Source of the DNA: Dehalococcoidia bacterium
GTDB taxonomy: Bacteria; Chloroflexota; Dehalococcoidia; JAUQQI01
Length of the DNA stretch: 64,000 nt
NCBI GenBank assembly: GCA_042408785.1
Contig: JBHOQU010000039.1
Location: forward strand, 22,606-86,605
Direction: 5' to 3'
The notes below the pieces were generated by a model. It saw nothing but the letters and a program-made list of their open reading frames with translations. It was not told the origin of the DNA and searched no databases. This document shows positions 46,703-56,976 of the stretch, piece by piece; positions within the stretch are counted from its first letter, which is position 1, and the number at the start of each line of letters is the position of its first letter. A program made the position numbers and the translations under genes.

Positions 46703-46936
46703 CTAGTAGCGATTCGAGAGGTCGCGATAGACCTGGGCGGTGTTTTCTTCGAAATAGAGAAAAGCGGCGTCGACCTGTTCCTCGGAAAGCTCGGGGAAGT
46801 GCCGGGCGATGGCCGCAAATGAGCCGCCGCTGTTATTGTAGACAAAGATAATATCGGCCACGGCGATGTCGGTTCCGCGGATATAGGCGGTTCCGTCCGG
46901 GCCGACCTCGATAAACTCCTCGAAAGCTTGCCCCAT
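46703..46936 (-). CDS. DUF433-domain protein (antitoxin-like HTH)
   Basis: 77 aa. GTAYIRGTDIAVADIIFVY...SFAAIARHFPELSEEQVDAAFLY matches the DUF433 pattern. Confidence 0.7.
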   Translation of the reverse strand: MGQAFEEFIEVGPDGTAYIRGTDIAVADIIFVYNNSGGSFAAIARHFPELSEEQVDAAFLYFEENTAQVYRDLSNRY

Positions 46937-47140
46937 CGAAGCGACGACTCCTTATTTTTACCCAAATTTTAGCCCCCATCCCCTCCCCCCGTCAAAGAAG
47001 CCGACCAGGCTGGCAAGTCGCTGCCTTCTGAAGGGCTTCTGGTTCCGTTTGACGGTCTGGAGTCGGCTTGACAATGGCAATCCCGCAGATACCAAACTTT
47101 TTCGCTAACCGCAACCATTACCCAGAAAGGAGGAATTCGA

Positions 47141-48061
47141 ATGGCTCGGGAGCGGAGGCGATTAACCCGGCGGGCTTTTATTGCGGCGGGGGCGGCGACG
47201 CTGGCCGCGGCCTGTACTCAGGCGGCCCAGGAACAGCGGCCCCAGCAGCCCCAGGCCCAGCCACCAGCCGCCCAGCAGGAGGCGGCCCGAACGGCCAGAA
47301 CCTTTACCTGGAAGATGCAGAGCACCTGGACTGCCGGCGACTGGCACCAGCAGAACCCGAAAAACTTCGTCGACATGGTCCAGGAAATGTCCGGCGGCCG
47401 CCTGCGCATTGAGCTCCTGCCGGTCGGGGCGGTGGTGCCGGCCTTCGAGGTTCTGGATGCCGTTCATAAGGGGCTTCTAGATGCCGGCAACTCCTGGCCC
47501 GGCTACTGGTACGGGAAGCACCCGGCGGCCACCCTTTTCGGCAGCATCCCGGGCGGGCCCTTCGGCATGAACTCGGAGGACTTCCTCGGCTGGATGTACC
47601 TGGGCGGCGGGCTCGAGCTCTACAACGAGCTCCTTCAGAAAGAGCTCGGGCTTAATGTGGTTGCATTCCCGTCTTTCGGCGAGACCCCTGAACCCCTCGG
47701 TTGGTTCCCGCGGCCCATCCGGAACGTGGCCGATTTTAAAGGCCTTAAATTCCGGGCCGCCGGGATGTCCGCCGAGGTGTTCAGCGAGTTTGGGATGTCG
47801 GTGGTTACGCTGCCCGGCGGCGAGATAATTCCTGCCCTCGAACGCAAAGTCATCGACGCCGCCGAGTTCAGCGACCCCACCTCCGACATGTCCCTGGGAT
47901 TCCAGGACGTTTTAAAGCACTACCACCTGCCGGGCATCCACCAGCCCACCGGCATTATGGAGATTCTCATCAACAAACAGAAGTGGGACGAACTTCCCAC
48001 CGACCTGAAGGCCATCGTGTGGAGGTTCTTCGGGAGCTTATTTTCGGCATCGTCCCCATAG
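47141..48061 (+). pseudogene. TRAP transporter substrate-binding protein (COG4663-like, Tat signal), 3'-truncated by deletion
   Basis: RRLTRRAFIAAGAATLAAAC signal and FTWKMQSTW... body. After INKQKWDELPTDLKAIV the frame runs into unrelated WRFFGSLFSASSP*, where homologues continue about 70 residues. Confidence 0.6.
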
Positions 48062-48690
48062 CGACCCTGATCTTCGCCGCCCTCGGAAGCATCCTGGCCG
48101 GCCTGGCGACCCCAACCGAGGCCGCGGCCATGGGGGCCTCTGCGGCCCTGGTGCTTACGGCCCTTTACCGGCGCCTTAACTTCCGACTGCTTCGGGAGGC
48201 GGTGGTCCGAACCCTGGAGACCACCAGCATGATCCTTTTCCTGGCGGTGTCGGCAAACTTTTACGCGGCCGTTTTCGGCCGGCTGGGCACCGGCACCTGG
48301 CTCACCGAACAGATTCTGGCCCTGCCGGTCGACCCTATAGTCATGCTGATTTTAATTATGGCCCTTATCTTTCTGCTAGGCTGGCCCCTTGAATGGCCGG
48401 CAATCATCCTGATTTTTCTGCCCATCATCCTGCCCGTGGTTCAGGCCCTCGGTTTTAACCTGCTCTGGTTCTGCATCTTGGTGGCGGTCAACCTTCAGAC
48501 GGCGTTCCTCTCGCCGCCGGTGGCCGTGGCGGCCTATTACCTCAAGGGTGTGGCCCCCGAGTTTGACCTGAAAGACATCTACGCCGGCATGCTGGAGTTT
48601 ATGGTGCTGCAGCTGGTGGGCCTGGCCCTGGTTTTCCTGTTCCCCGACCTTGCCCTATGGCTGCCGCGGCTGCTTTACGGCGGACAGTAG
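47983..48690 (+). pseudogene. C-terminal fragment of TRAP large permease (DctM-like)
   Basis: From ELIFGIVPIATLIFAALGSILAGLATPTEAAAMGA onward it matches the second half of DctM. The N-terminal half and any DctQ are missing. The frame overlaps the tail of the SBP ORF. Confidence 0.6.
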
Positions 48691-48702
48691 GGACAGGGCC
48701 TG

Positions 48703-49656
48703 CTACTGGATGAGCACCTCGTACATTTCGCCGATGGAGAGGCCCAGGTGAATCCGACGGATCGCCTCGGCGAAGAGGGGCGCAACCGAAAGGACGGTTA
48801 TCTTCCCGATCCGCTTCTCCGGGGGCAAGGGCAGCGTGTCGGTTACGACGACCTCCTCAAAGGGGCCCTGGGCCAGCCGTTCAATGGCCGGGCCGGAAAA
48901 CACCCCGTGGGTGGCAACGGCATAAATTGACCGCGCCCCGGCGGCCAGCAGCGCCTCGGCCGCCCGGGTCATGGTCCCCGCCGTGTCGATCTCGTCGTCA
49001 AAGACCACCGCATCCCGGCCCGCCACGTCCCCGATAACCGTGAGCACCTCCACCCGGGTCCCGGTGGGGGCCCGCCGCTTTTCAATGATGGCCGTCGGCA
49101 CATTTAAATACTCGGCAAAGTTTCGGGCCCGCTTGGCAACCCCAATGTCGGCCGCAACCACCACCGGGTTAAGCAGCCGCCGGGTGCGCACGTAGTCGGC
49201 CAGGGTAAAGAAGGCCGTAAGCTCGTCCACAGGTATCGTGAAGAAGCCCTGAATCTGCCCGGCGTGCAGGTCCATGGTTACCACCCGGTTGGCCCCGGCC
49301 ACCTGCAGAAAGTCGGCGATAAGTCGGGCGGTAATGGGGACGCGGGGCTGGTCTTTTTTGTCCGTCCGGCCGTAAGCGTAGTAGGGGATTACGGCCGTGA
49401 TGCGCTCGGCCGAGGCCCGCCGGGCCGCATCCAGCATGATGAAAAGCTCCATCAAGTTGCGGTTCACCGGCGAAGCGATGGGCTGGATGATAAAGACGTC
49501 GTGGGACCGAATGGAGGAATGATAACGGACGAAGATATTCTCATTCGAAAACTCAAAGACATCCACCCCGCCCAGCTCCACCCCGAGGACCTCACAGACT
49601 CGCCGGGCAAATTCCGGGTGGGCGTTGCCAGAGAATATACTCAGCCGCTGGTACAA
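48703..49656 (-). CDS. prs: ribose-phosphate pyrophosphokinase
   Basis: About 317 aa from the TTG at 49654-49656 (YQRLSIFSGNAHPEFA). PRPP-binding loop VVFDDEIDTAGT. The ORF-track extension to 49962 is Arg/Pro-rich with no homology pattern. Confidence 0.9.
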   Translation of the reverse strand: MYQRLSIFSGNAHPEFARRVCEVLGVELGGVDVFEFSNENIFVRYHSSIRSHDVFIIQPIASPVNRNLMELFIMLDAARRASAERITAVIPYYAYGRTDKKDQPRVPITARLIADFLQVAGANRVVTMDLHAGQIQGFFTIPVDELTAFFTLADYVRTRRLLNPVVVAADIGVAKRARNFAEYLNVPTAIIEKRRAPTGTRVEVLTVIGDVAGRDAVVFDDEIDTAGTMTRAAEALLAAGARSIYAVATHGVFSGPAIERLAQGPFEEVVVTDTLPLPPEKRIGKITVLSVAPLFAEAIRRIHLGLSIGEMYEVLIQ

Positions 49657-49840
49657 GGTCGCCGTTGCCCCCTCGGCCTCGATTTTCGATGCCTCCGTCG
49701 CAGATTTTAATACACCCCGGACCCCCACGCCAGGTGCGGGCTGCCCCGGTCTCGACAGGCTGTAGGGGCACCGCCGCTTTTTACGCCAGCCCGACCCTCG
49801 CAAACTCAAACTGAGGTAAAGTCTAACCGGAACGGCGGCG

Positions 49841-50824
49841 ATGCCTGCACCTCGCCTGCGCTGGCTTCTGCTGGGATTCTGGCTTCTGCTTGCCGGCGGG
49901 TCGCTGGCCCTTATCCGCCTGGGCCAGCCCGCAAGCGGCCCTCTGCCGGCCCCGGCAGGCACCCCAGGCCCTGCGGGCCAGGTTCTCCGCTACCGGCTGG
50001 ACCCGGAAAGGTTTATCCTGCTGGAGGTCGAACCCCTCAAGCCGGGACCCAACGATTTCCGGGTAACCCTCCTCGACCGGAATCTCCAGCCGATACCGGC
50101 CGGGGGGCTTTACCTGCGGCTACGGCGGCTCGACCAGGACAGCCCTCCGATAGACCTCCCCCTTAGCCGAGCCGATAACCGGCCCGGCTTTTCGGCCCGC
50201 CACGACCTTGAACCGGGCTGGTGGGCGGCCGAGGGGGGCCTCGCCGGTGGCCCGGCCCAGACCTTTTACTTGCTGGTCGGGTCGCCCGGTGGGGCGGCCT
50301 CCGACCCCGGGGCAGCGGAGCTGTTGAACCGGGCCGTTGACGAGTTCGGCCGGCTTGCAGGCGTGCGCTGGGAGGAGCAGCTCACCAGCGGCCTGCCCTA
50401 TCCTACTGAGGCCGGGGCCTGGGTCCTGACCGAGGCGGAGGCCCAGGCCCCCGACCGGGTCCACCTGAAGGTGACCCTGGACGGGTCGGTCCGGGAAACG
50501 TATCAGGTCGGGGGCCGGCGCTGCGACCGGGAAGGCGGCGGACCCTGGCAGTGCGCCGACGCAACCCCGCTAAATCCCTTCGACCGGAGCCCCTTCCGCT
50601 CGGCCGCTCAGGTCAGCCTGGGCCGCCAGGAAACTGTCGACGGGGAGCCGGCCCGGGTGGTATTTTTCTATTACCCGGCCGCCGAAGCCTGGTACGCCTG
50701 GTGGGTTGGGGAACAGACCGGCTGGCTGCGGCGGGAAGTTATGCTGGCCCCCGGCCACGTGATGGTTGCCCGCTATTTCGACCACAACCTCCCCTTAAAT
50801 ATCGGCCTCCCGTCGGGCGGTTAA
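49841..50824 (+). CDS. hypothetical exported protein
   Basis: 327 aa. N-terminal signal/anchor LRWLLLGFWLLLAGGSLALI. Real-looking composition. No recognised catalytic motif. Confidence 0.5.
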   Translation: MPAPRLRWLLLGFWLLLAGGSLALIRLGQPASGPLPAPAGTPGPAGQVLRYRLDPERFILLEVEPLKPGPNDFRVTLLDRNLQPIPAGGLYLRLRRLDQDSPPIDLPLSRADNRPGFSARHDLEPGWWAAEGGLAGGPAQTFYLLVGSPGGAASDPGAAELLNRAVDEFGRLAGVRWEEQLTSGLPYPTEAGAWVLTEAEAQAPDRVHLKVTLDGSVRETYQVGGRRCDREGGGPWQCADATPLNPFDRSPFRSAAQVSLGRQETVDGEPARVVFFYYPAAEAWYAWWVGEQTGWLRREVMLAPGHVMVARYFDHNLPLNIGLPSGG

Positions 50825-52332
50825 GTCCGCCCCGCCTCCCGCAGGGCCAGCTCCACCAGGGTCCGAACGCCGACGCCGGTGCCGCCCTTCGGAATGTAAG
50901 GCTGCTCCTTATCGGCCCGAGCCGTGCCGGCGATGTCCAGGTGGACCCAGGGCGTATCCTCGGCAAACGCCCGGATGAAGTAGGCCGCGGTGATGGCCCC
51001 GGCCTCCCGGCCGCCCACGTTCTTGAGGTCAGCGCAGTCGCTTTTAAGCTGCTGCCGGTACTCCTCGAACATGGGCAGCTCCCAGATTTTCTCCCCGGCC
51101 GCGTCGGCCGCGGCCTTCACCTTGCCCAGGAGCTCGGGGTTGTTCGTAAAGGCCCCGCTGGCCACGGTGCCCAGGGCAACGACGCAGGCCCCGGTAAGGG
51201 TCGCCAGGTCCACGATAGCCCTGGCCCCCAGCTTCCGGGCGTAGCAGACGCAGTCGGCCAGCACCAGCCGGCCCTCGGCGTCGGTGTTGATAATCTCCAC
51301 GGTGGTGCCGTTCATCGCCCGGACGATATCCCCGGGCCGGGTCGCCGTACCCGAGGGCATGTTCTCGGTGCAGCCGGCCAGGCCGATGACGTTCAGCTTC
51401 GGCTTGAGCCGGGCGATGGCCTGCATCGCCCCCAGCACGGCCGCCGCCCCGGACATGTCGGTCTTCATCTCCTCCATCCCCTGGGCCGGCTTCATCGAGA
51501 TGCCGCCGGTGTCGAAGGTTATCCCCTTGCCGATGAAGGCGATGGGCGGCTGGGCGCGGTCGGTGCCCCAGTATTTGAGGACGATAAGCTTAGGCGGCTG
51601 GGCACTGCCGGCGGCGACGGCCAGGAACGCCCCCATCCCCAGGGACTCCATCTGCTCCCGGTCCAGAACCTCGTACTCCAGCCCGTAGCGGTCGGCAAGC
51701 TCCCGGGCCCGGTTGGCCATCTCGGTGGGAGTAAGCACGTTGGCCGGCTCGTTAACCAGGTCCCGGGCAAAATTCACCGCCTCGGCGATGATACGGCCCC
51801 GCTCGACCCCCTCGGTCAGGACCGGCACCTTGGCGGCGTCGAACTCGACCACCTGAACTTCCTCGAGGTGGCCGCCGTTCTCCTCCCGGTTCGTCAGGTA
51901 TTTATCAAAACGATAGAGACCCAGCAGGGTGCCCTCGGTCAGCGCCTGGGCGGCCGCGGCGGGGTCCAGGCCGCCGATGCCGGCCCCGTGGACGATGGTA
52001 GCGATTTTCTGACAACCAGCCTTCCGTAGGGTCTTGGCCGCCGTGGCCGACACCTGCCGGACCCGGTCCAGGTCAAACTCCGAGGACTTCCCCAGGCCCA
52101 CCACCAGCACGTTATCGGCCGGAATCCGGCCAAAGGTCGGGACCACAAAGGTTTCGTTAAGTTTGCCCTTAATGTAACCTTTGGCGATGAGCCGGCTGAT
52201 CTCGCCCCCAAGGGCGCGGTCCACCGCCCCAGTTGCCCCACCCGGGCGGGTTACGCCCTCGAAGAGGTTCACCACCAGCCCGTCCACCTGGGCTTCGGCA
52301 ATATTCCCGGCTACAACCCGTACCTCGGTCAC
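50821..52332 (-). CDS. pepA: leucyl aminopeptidase (M17)
   Basis: NTDAEGRLVLAD signature and GKGITFDTGG. GTG at 52330-52332 is preceded by AAAGGAGG. Confidence 0.92.
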   Translation of the reverse strand: MTEVRVVAGNIAEAQVDGLVVNLFEGVTRPGGATGAVDRALGGEISRLIAKGYIKGKLNETFVVPTFGRIPADNVLVVGLGKSSEFDLDRVRQVSATAAKTLRKAGCQKIATIVHGAGIGGLDPAAAAQALTEGTLLGLYRFDKYLTNREENGGHLEEVQVVEFDAAKVPVLTEGVERGRIIAEAVNFARDLVNEPANVLTPTEMANRARELADRYGLEYEVLDREQMESLGMGAFLAVAAGSAQPPKLIVLKYWGTDRAQPPIAFIGKGITFDTGGISMKPAQGMEEMKTDMSGAAAVLGAMQAIARLKPKLNVIGLAGCTENMPSGTATRPGDIVRAMNGTTVEIINTDAEGRLVLADCVCYARKLGARAIVDLATLTGACVVALGTVASGAFTNNPELLGKVKAAADAAGEKIWELPMFEEYRQQLKSDCADLKNVGGREAGAITAAYFIRAFAEDTPWVHLDIAGTARADKEQPYIPKGGTGVGVRTLVELALREAGRT

Positions 52333-52435
52333 TGTGGGGTCCTCCTTTCGGGGTAAGGGGTAATTTAACCAGACACAGTTTAGACCCACCCCCAGCCCCT
52401 GGTCAACGGACGGCATCTGCTAGACTTTAGTCGAG

Positions 52436-53224
52436 ATGGTCTACATCGGCACCTCGGGCTTCAGCTACGACGACTGGGTTGGGCCCTACTACCCGGCCGG
52501 GCTGCCCCGTCGGGGCTGGCTGGAGTACTACGCCCGGGAGTTCAACACCGTCGAAATTAACTCCACCTACTACGCCATCCCCAGCGCCCGGACCATGGCC
52601 GCCCTGGCCCGGCGGGTCCCGGCCGGCTTTCTCTTCGCCGTGAAGCTCCCCCGGGAGCTCACCCACGAGCGGACGGCCGACGGGGCCGAGGTCTTCCGCC
52701 GGTTCCGGGCCGCCCTCGACCCCCTCATCGCCGCCGGAAAGCTGGGGGCCCTGCTGGCCCAGTTCCCCAACAGCTTCCGGCCCGACCCCAGAGCCTGGGA
52801 TTACATCGCCCGCCTCCGGGACCTGGCCGCCGACCTGCCCCTGGTCGTCGAGTTCCGCCACGTCGGATGGGTGCGCCCCGAAACCTTCGGGCAGCTCCGT
52901 CGCCTCGGGGTCGGCTTCTGCTGCGTGGATGAGCCCCAGCTGCCGGGCCTGCTGCCCCCAGTCGCTGAGGCCACCGGGCCGGTGGGCTACGTGCGCTTCC
53001 ACGGGCGGAACAAGGCCAAGTGGTGGAAACACGAGCACGCCTACGAGCGCTACGATTACACCTACTCCGTCGAGGAGCTGGAGGAGTGGGTCCCGAAAAT
53101 CCGCCGCATCGCCGGCCTCACGGAGCGAACCTTCGTCTTCGCCAACAACCACTTCCAGGCCCAGGCGATCCAGACCGCCCGCCAGCTCCGAATGCTCCTC
53201 GAACAACCGGCACCGCTCCCCTAG
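52436..53224 (+). CDS. DUF72 (UPF0759) family protein
   Basis: 262 aa. The start IGTSGFSYDDWVGPYYP...YYAREFNTVEINSTYY is the DUF72 signature. Confidence 0.85.
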   Translation: MVYIGTSGFSYDDWVGPYYPAGLPRRGWLEYYAREFNTVEINSTYYAIPSARTMAALARRVPAGFLFAVKLPRELTHERTADGAEVFRRFRAALDPLIAAGKLGALLAQFPNSFRPDPRAWDYIARLRDLAADLPLVVEFRHVGWVRPETFGQLRRLGVGFCCVDEPQLPGLLPPVAEATGPVGYVRFHGRNKAKWWKHEHAYERYDYTYSVEELEEWVPKIRRIAGLTERTFVFANNHFQAQAIQTARQLRMLLEQPAPLP

Positions 53225-53227
53225 CCG

Positions 53228-53746
53228 ATGCGCAGCCCGGCCTGCAAATCCCTGGACGTCCTCCTGATCGGCGGGGGCGTTCTCATTGCCGACCAGGTAA
53301 CCAAGGCCCTGGTTCGGGTCCACCTGCCCCCGGGGGCCTCTTTCCCGGCCGAGTGGCCGGTCCGGCTCACCCACGTGACCAACACCGGGGCCGCCTTCGG
53401 CCTTTTCACCAACCAGAGCCTGATCCTGACGTTTGTGGCGTTCTTGGCCATTGGGCTGATAATTTATTATTACCGGAGGTTGCCCGAGGGGGCCTGGGCC
53501 CTGCGGGCCGCCCTGGGTCTCCAGCTGGGCGGGGCCGTCGGCAACCTGATTGACCGCATCTGGCAGGGCTACGTAACCGACTTCATCGACCTGCGTTTCT
53601 GGCCGGTCTTTAACATTGCCGATTCGGCCATAACCGTTGGCGCGGTCTTGCTGGCCGTAAGCATCCTTTGGCCGGACCTTATTAAGGGCCGTGGGCCGGT
53701 CGAACATGCACCCACCAGTGCCGGCGACCGCCGGGGCGAGGCCTGA
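53228..53746 (+). CDS. lspA: lipoprotein signal peptidase II
   Basis: 172 aa with NTGAAFG, GNLIDR and FNIADSAITVG motifs. Confidence 0.9.
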   Translation: MRSPACKSLDVLLIGGGVLIADQVTKALVRVHLPPGASFPAEWPVRLTHVTNTGAAFGLFTNQSLILTFVAFLAIGLIIYYYRRLPEGAWALRAALGLQLGGAVGNLIDRIWQGYVTDFIDLRFWPVFNIADSAITVGAVLLAVSILWPDLIKGRGPVEHAPTSAGDRRGEA

Positions 53747-54761
53747 GGTCCGCCGGTTCACGGCCTCCAGTCCCGGCGAACGTCTCGACCGCTTCCTGGC
53801 CGCCCAGTGTCCCGACCTTTCCCGGAGCCGCATCCAGGAGCTGATTCGGGACGGGCGGGTTAGGGTGGACGGGGTTGTCGTCGTCAAGCCGGCCCACCGG
53901 CTCCGGGGCGGCGAGCTTATCGATGTGGAGGTCATTCCCAAGCCGCGCCCCGGGGTCGTTCCGACTCCCCTGCCCCTTAAGGTCGTTTACGAGGACGAGG
54001 ACCTGCTGGTTATCGATAAGCCGGCCGGGCTTGTGGTCCACCCGGGCGCCGGCCACCACACCGACACCCTGGCCAACGCCCTGGTGGCCTACCTGGGTCG
54101 GGCCCCCACTCCCGACGAGCGGCCGGGCATCGTCCACCGGCTGGATAAAGACACCTCGGGCCTGATGGTGGCGGCCAAAAATGAGGCCGCCCACCGCCGC
54201 CTTCAGGCCGACCTCAAGGCCCGCCGCTTTAAGAAGGGCTACCTGGCCCTGGTCGAAGGCCGACTTGCCCCGCCCGAGGGGACCATCGACGCCCCGGTGG
54301 GCCGGGACCCCCGCCGCCGAACCCGGATGGCAGTGGTGAGCACTGGCCGGCCGGCCGCAACCCGCTACCGGGTTTTAGAGTATCTAGCGGGCTCAACCCT
54401 GGTGGAGGTCTGGCCCGAGACCGGCCGGACCCACCAGATCCGGGTCCACTTTTCCAGCCTCCGCCACCCCCTGGTGGGCGATGCCCTGTACGGCCGCCCG
54501 TGCCCGTCCCTCAACCGGCATTTCCTGCACGCGTTTTACCTGGGGTTTCCCCACCCCCAGACGGGGCAGTGGCTGGAGTTTACTTCGCCCCTTCCCCCCG
54601 AGCTCGAGGCCGAACTCGCCCGCCGCCGGGCACCCTTGGGGCTTTCCGGCGGCCTTAACCCCTTCACCCATGCCGCAGGCGCACCACCGTGGGTCTCTCC
54701 AAGGGGGGAAGGGACTTCCAGCCCCATCAGCCCGTCAGGCTTTATAATCTTCCCGGGGTAA
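53706..54761 (+). CDS. rluD: RluA-family 23S rRNA pseudouridine synthase (RluD-like)
   Basis: S4 domain (RLDRFLA...SRSRIQELI), catalytic HRLDKDTSGL, and THQIRVH. It has an unusual C-terminal tail of about 50 aa. Confidence 0.88.
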   Translation: MHPPVPATAGARPEVRRFTASSPGERLDRFLAAQCPDLSRSRIQELIRDGRVRVDGVVVVKPAHRLRGGELIDVEVIPKPRPGVVPTPLPLKVVYEDEDLLVIDKPAGLVVHPGAGHHTDTLANALVAYLGRAPTPDERPGIVHRLDKDTSGLMVAAKNEAAHRRLQADLKARRFKKGYLALVEGRLAPPEGTIDAPVGRDPRRRTRMAVVSTGRPAATRYRVLEYLAGSTLVEVWPETGRTHQIRVHFSSLRHPLVGDALYGRPCPSLNRHFLHAFYLGFPHPQTGQWLEFTSPLPPELEAELARRRAPLGLSGGLNPFTHAAGAPPWVSPRGEGTSSPISPSGFIIFPG

Positions 54762-54765
54762 TGTT

Positions 54766-55812
54766 ATGTCCAGGCAGGCCCTCGTCACCGGGGGCGCAGG
54801 CTTTATCGGGGTCAATCTGGCGGCCGCCCTGGCCGCCGACGGCTGGAACGTCCATATCTTCGACCTGCTGGCCCGGCCCGGAACGGAGTGGAACCTGAGC
54901 TGGCTTAAACGCCAGTACCCCGCCCGGGTCACCTTCACCCGGGCGGATATCCGGGACTTCCCGGCCGTCCGTGAAGCCGTCCGACGGGCCGATGTCATCT
55001 TCCACCTGGCCGCCCAGGTGGCTGTCACCACCTCCTTGGTCGACCCCCGAACAGATTTTGAGGTGAACGCCCTGGGCACCCTGAATGTGCTGGAGGCAGT
55101 CCGGCAGTCCGGTGTCCGCCGCCCCCTCCTTTACACGTCAACCAATAAAGTCTACGGCGCGCTGGCTGGGGCTCCGGTGGTCGAGGAGGCCACCCGCTAC
55201 CGCTACACTGACCGGCCCTGGGGAATCGACGAAACCCAGCCCCTCGATTTTCATTCCCCTTACGGCTGTTCCAAGGGGGCGGCCGACCAGTACGTTCGGG
55301 ACTACGCCCGGGTTTACGGGCTGCCCACGGTGGTGTTCCGAATGTCCTGCATTTACGGCCCCCACCAGTTTGGGACCGAGGACCAGGGCTGGGTGGCCCA
55401 TTTTGTAATCTCGGCCCTTGCCGGCCGGCCCATCACCATCTACGGCGACGGCAAACAGGTGCGGGATGTCCTCTTTGTAACCGACCTGGTGGCCGCCATG
55501 CGGGCGGCCATAGACCGCATCGACGTCACCGCCGGCCGGGTCTACAACATCGGGGGTGGGCCGGAAAATACCCTCTCGGTCTGGCACGAGTTCGGACCCC
55601 TTCTGGCCGACGTCCTGGGTGCTCCCCTGCCCCCGCCGACCTTTGCATCCTGGCGGCCGGGGGACCAGAAAGTGTACGTGAGCGATATCCGGCGGGCAAT
55701 GCAAGACCTGGGCTGGCGGCCCCTGGTCGGTGTGCGGGAGGGCCTGCGAATCCTGGCCGACTGGGTTCGGGCCCACCGTGACCAGGTTGCGGCAGACCGA
55801 ACGGCCCGGTGA
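54766..55812 (+). CDS. NAD-dependent sugar epimerase/dehydratase (extended SDR, CDP-paratose-2-epimerase-like)
   Basis: VTGGAGFIG Rossmann motif and YGCSKGAADQY catalytic YxxxK. Confidence 0.85.
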   Translation: MSRQALVTGGAGFIGVNLAAALAADGWNVHIFDLLARPGTEWNLSWLKRQYPARVTFTRADIRDFPAVREAVRRADVIFHLAAQVAVTTSLVDPRTDFEVNALGTLNVLEAVRQSGVRRPLLYTSTNKVYGALAGAPVVEEATRYRYTDRPWGIDETQPLDFHSPYGCSKGAADQYVRDYARVYGLPTVVFRMSCIYGPHQFGTEDQGWVAHFVISALAGRPITIYGDGKQVRDVLFVTDLVAAMRAAIDRIDVTAGRVYNIGGGPENTLSVWHEFGPLLADVLGAPLPPPTFASWRPGDQKVYVSDIRRAMQDLGWRPLVGVREGLRILADWVRAHRDQVAADRTAR

Positions 55813-56969
55813 AGCTTCTCATCGCCCTCACCTACTACCGGCCCCACATCAGCGGTCTCACCATCTACGTGGAACGGGTGGCCGGGGCCCTGGCCGCCCG
55901 GGGCCACGAGGTGCAGATTCTTACTTCCCGGTACGACCCCGCCCTGCCCCTGGTTGAGGTGCGGGAGGGCGTTAAGGTCAGGCGGGTGCCGGTCCTGATG
56001 CGCATAAGCAAGGGCGTGGTCATGCCCACCATCGGCCTCTGGGCCACTAAACTCGTCCGCTGGGCCGATGTGGTCTGGCTGCACCTGCCCCAGTTCGACG
56101 CTGCCGGCATCGGCCTGCGGGGCCGGCTCTTCGGCAGGCCGGTGGTGCTCACCTATCACTGCGACATCCGCCTGCCCCCGGGCCTTCTCAACCGGGCCGC
56201 CAACCTGGTGGTGCATCTGATGGACCATGTGGCGGCCTGGACAGCCGATGCCATCGTAGCCTACACCGAGGACTACGCCCGCCACTCCCCCTATCTTTCC
56301 AGATACATGCGCAAGGTCCGGGTCATCCCACCCCCGGTTGAGCTTCCGGCACCCGAACCCGGCCGGGTGGCGGCCTTCCGTAAGAAATGGGGCCTCGACG
56401 GGCAGGTCGTCGTTGGGATGATGGCCCGGCTGGCGGCGGAGAAGGGTGTGGAGTACCTTCTGGAGGCTCTTCCCCACATTCTGGCCGTTTACCCCAATAC
56501 CCGGGTGCTCTTCGCCGGACCCTACGAGAACGTGGTGGGCGAGGCCGCCTACGCCCGGCGGCTTCGGCCCCTCTTCGAACGCTACCGGGACCACTGGACC
56601 TTTGTCGGGGTCCTGGACCCGGCCGAGGCCGTCGCCTTCTTCGCCAACTGCCACGTAACCGTCCTGCCCAGCATCAATGCCACCGAGTCCTTCGGCCTGG
56701 TCCAGGTCGAGTCTATGCTCTGCGGCACCCCGGTGGTGGCCAGCGACCTGCCCGGCGTCCGGGTGCCGACGGCCACCACCGGCATGGGCCGGACCGTTCC
56801 GCCCCGCAACGGCCGGGCCCTGGCCGAAGCCATCCTTGAAGTGCTGGCCCACCGGGAGGCCTACGTCCGCCCCCGGGAGGAGGTCGAGCGTCACTACAGC
56901 ACCGGGCGCACCGCAGCCGCCTATGAGGAGCTCTTCAAAACCCTGCTCGACCGGCGCGCTTTCCAGTAG
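55809..56969 (+). CDS. glycosyltransferase family 4 (GT-B)
   Basis: 386 aa. ESFGLVQVESMLCGTPVV E-x7-E motif. GTGA overlap with the epimerase. Confidence 0.85.
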   Translation: MKLLIALTYYRPHISGLTIYVERVAGALAARGHEVQILTSRYDPALPLVEVREGVKVRRVPVLMRISKGVVMPTIGLWATKLVRWADVVWLHLPQFDAAGIGLRGRLFGRPVVLTYHCDIRLPPGLLNRAANLVVHLMDHVAAWTADAIVAYTEDYARHSPYLSRYMRKVRVIPPPVELPAPEPGRVAAFRKKWGLDGQVVVGMMARLAAEKGVEYLLEALPHILAVYPNTRVLFAGPYENVVGEAAYARRLRPLFERYRDHWTFVGVLDPAEAVAFFANCHVTVLPSINATESFGLVQVESMLCGTPVVASDLPGVRVPTATTGMGRTVPPRNGRALAEAILEVLAHREAYVRPREEVERHYSTGRTAAAYEELFKTLLDRRAFQ

Positions 56970-56976
56970 GGCCCCG

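Noticed and set aside
52427-53941. 504-aa minus-strand ORF spanning the DUF72, lspA and rluD region. Similar shadow ORFs occur at 55542-56894, 50551-52029 and 32529-33563.
   Set aside because: All are antisense to genes with strong family signatures. They have biased composition and cross several real gene boundaries.
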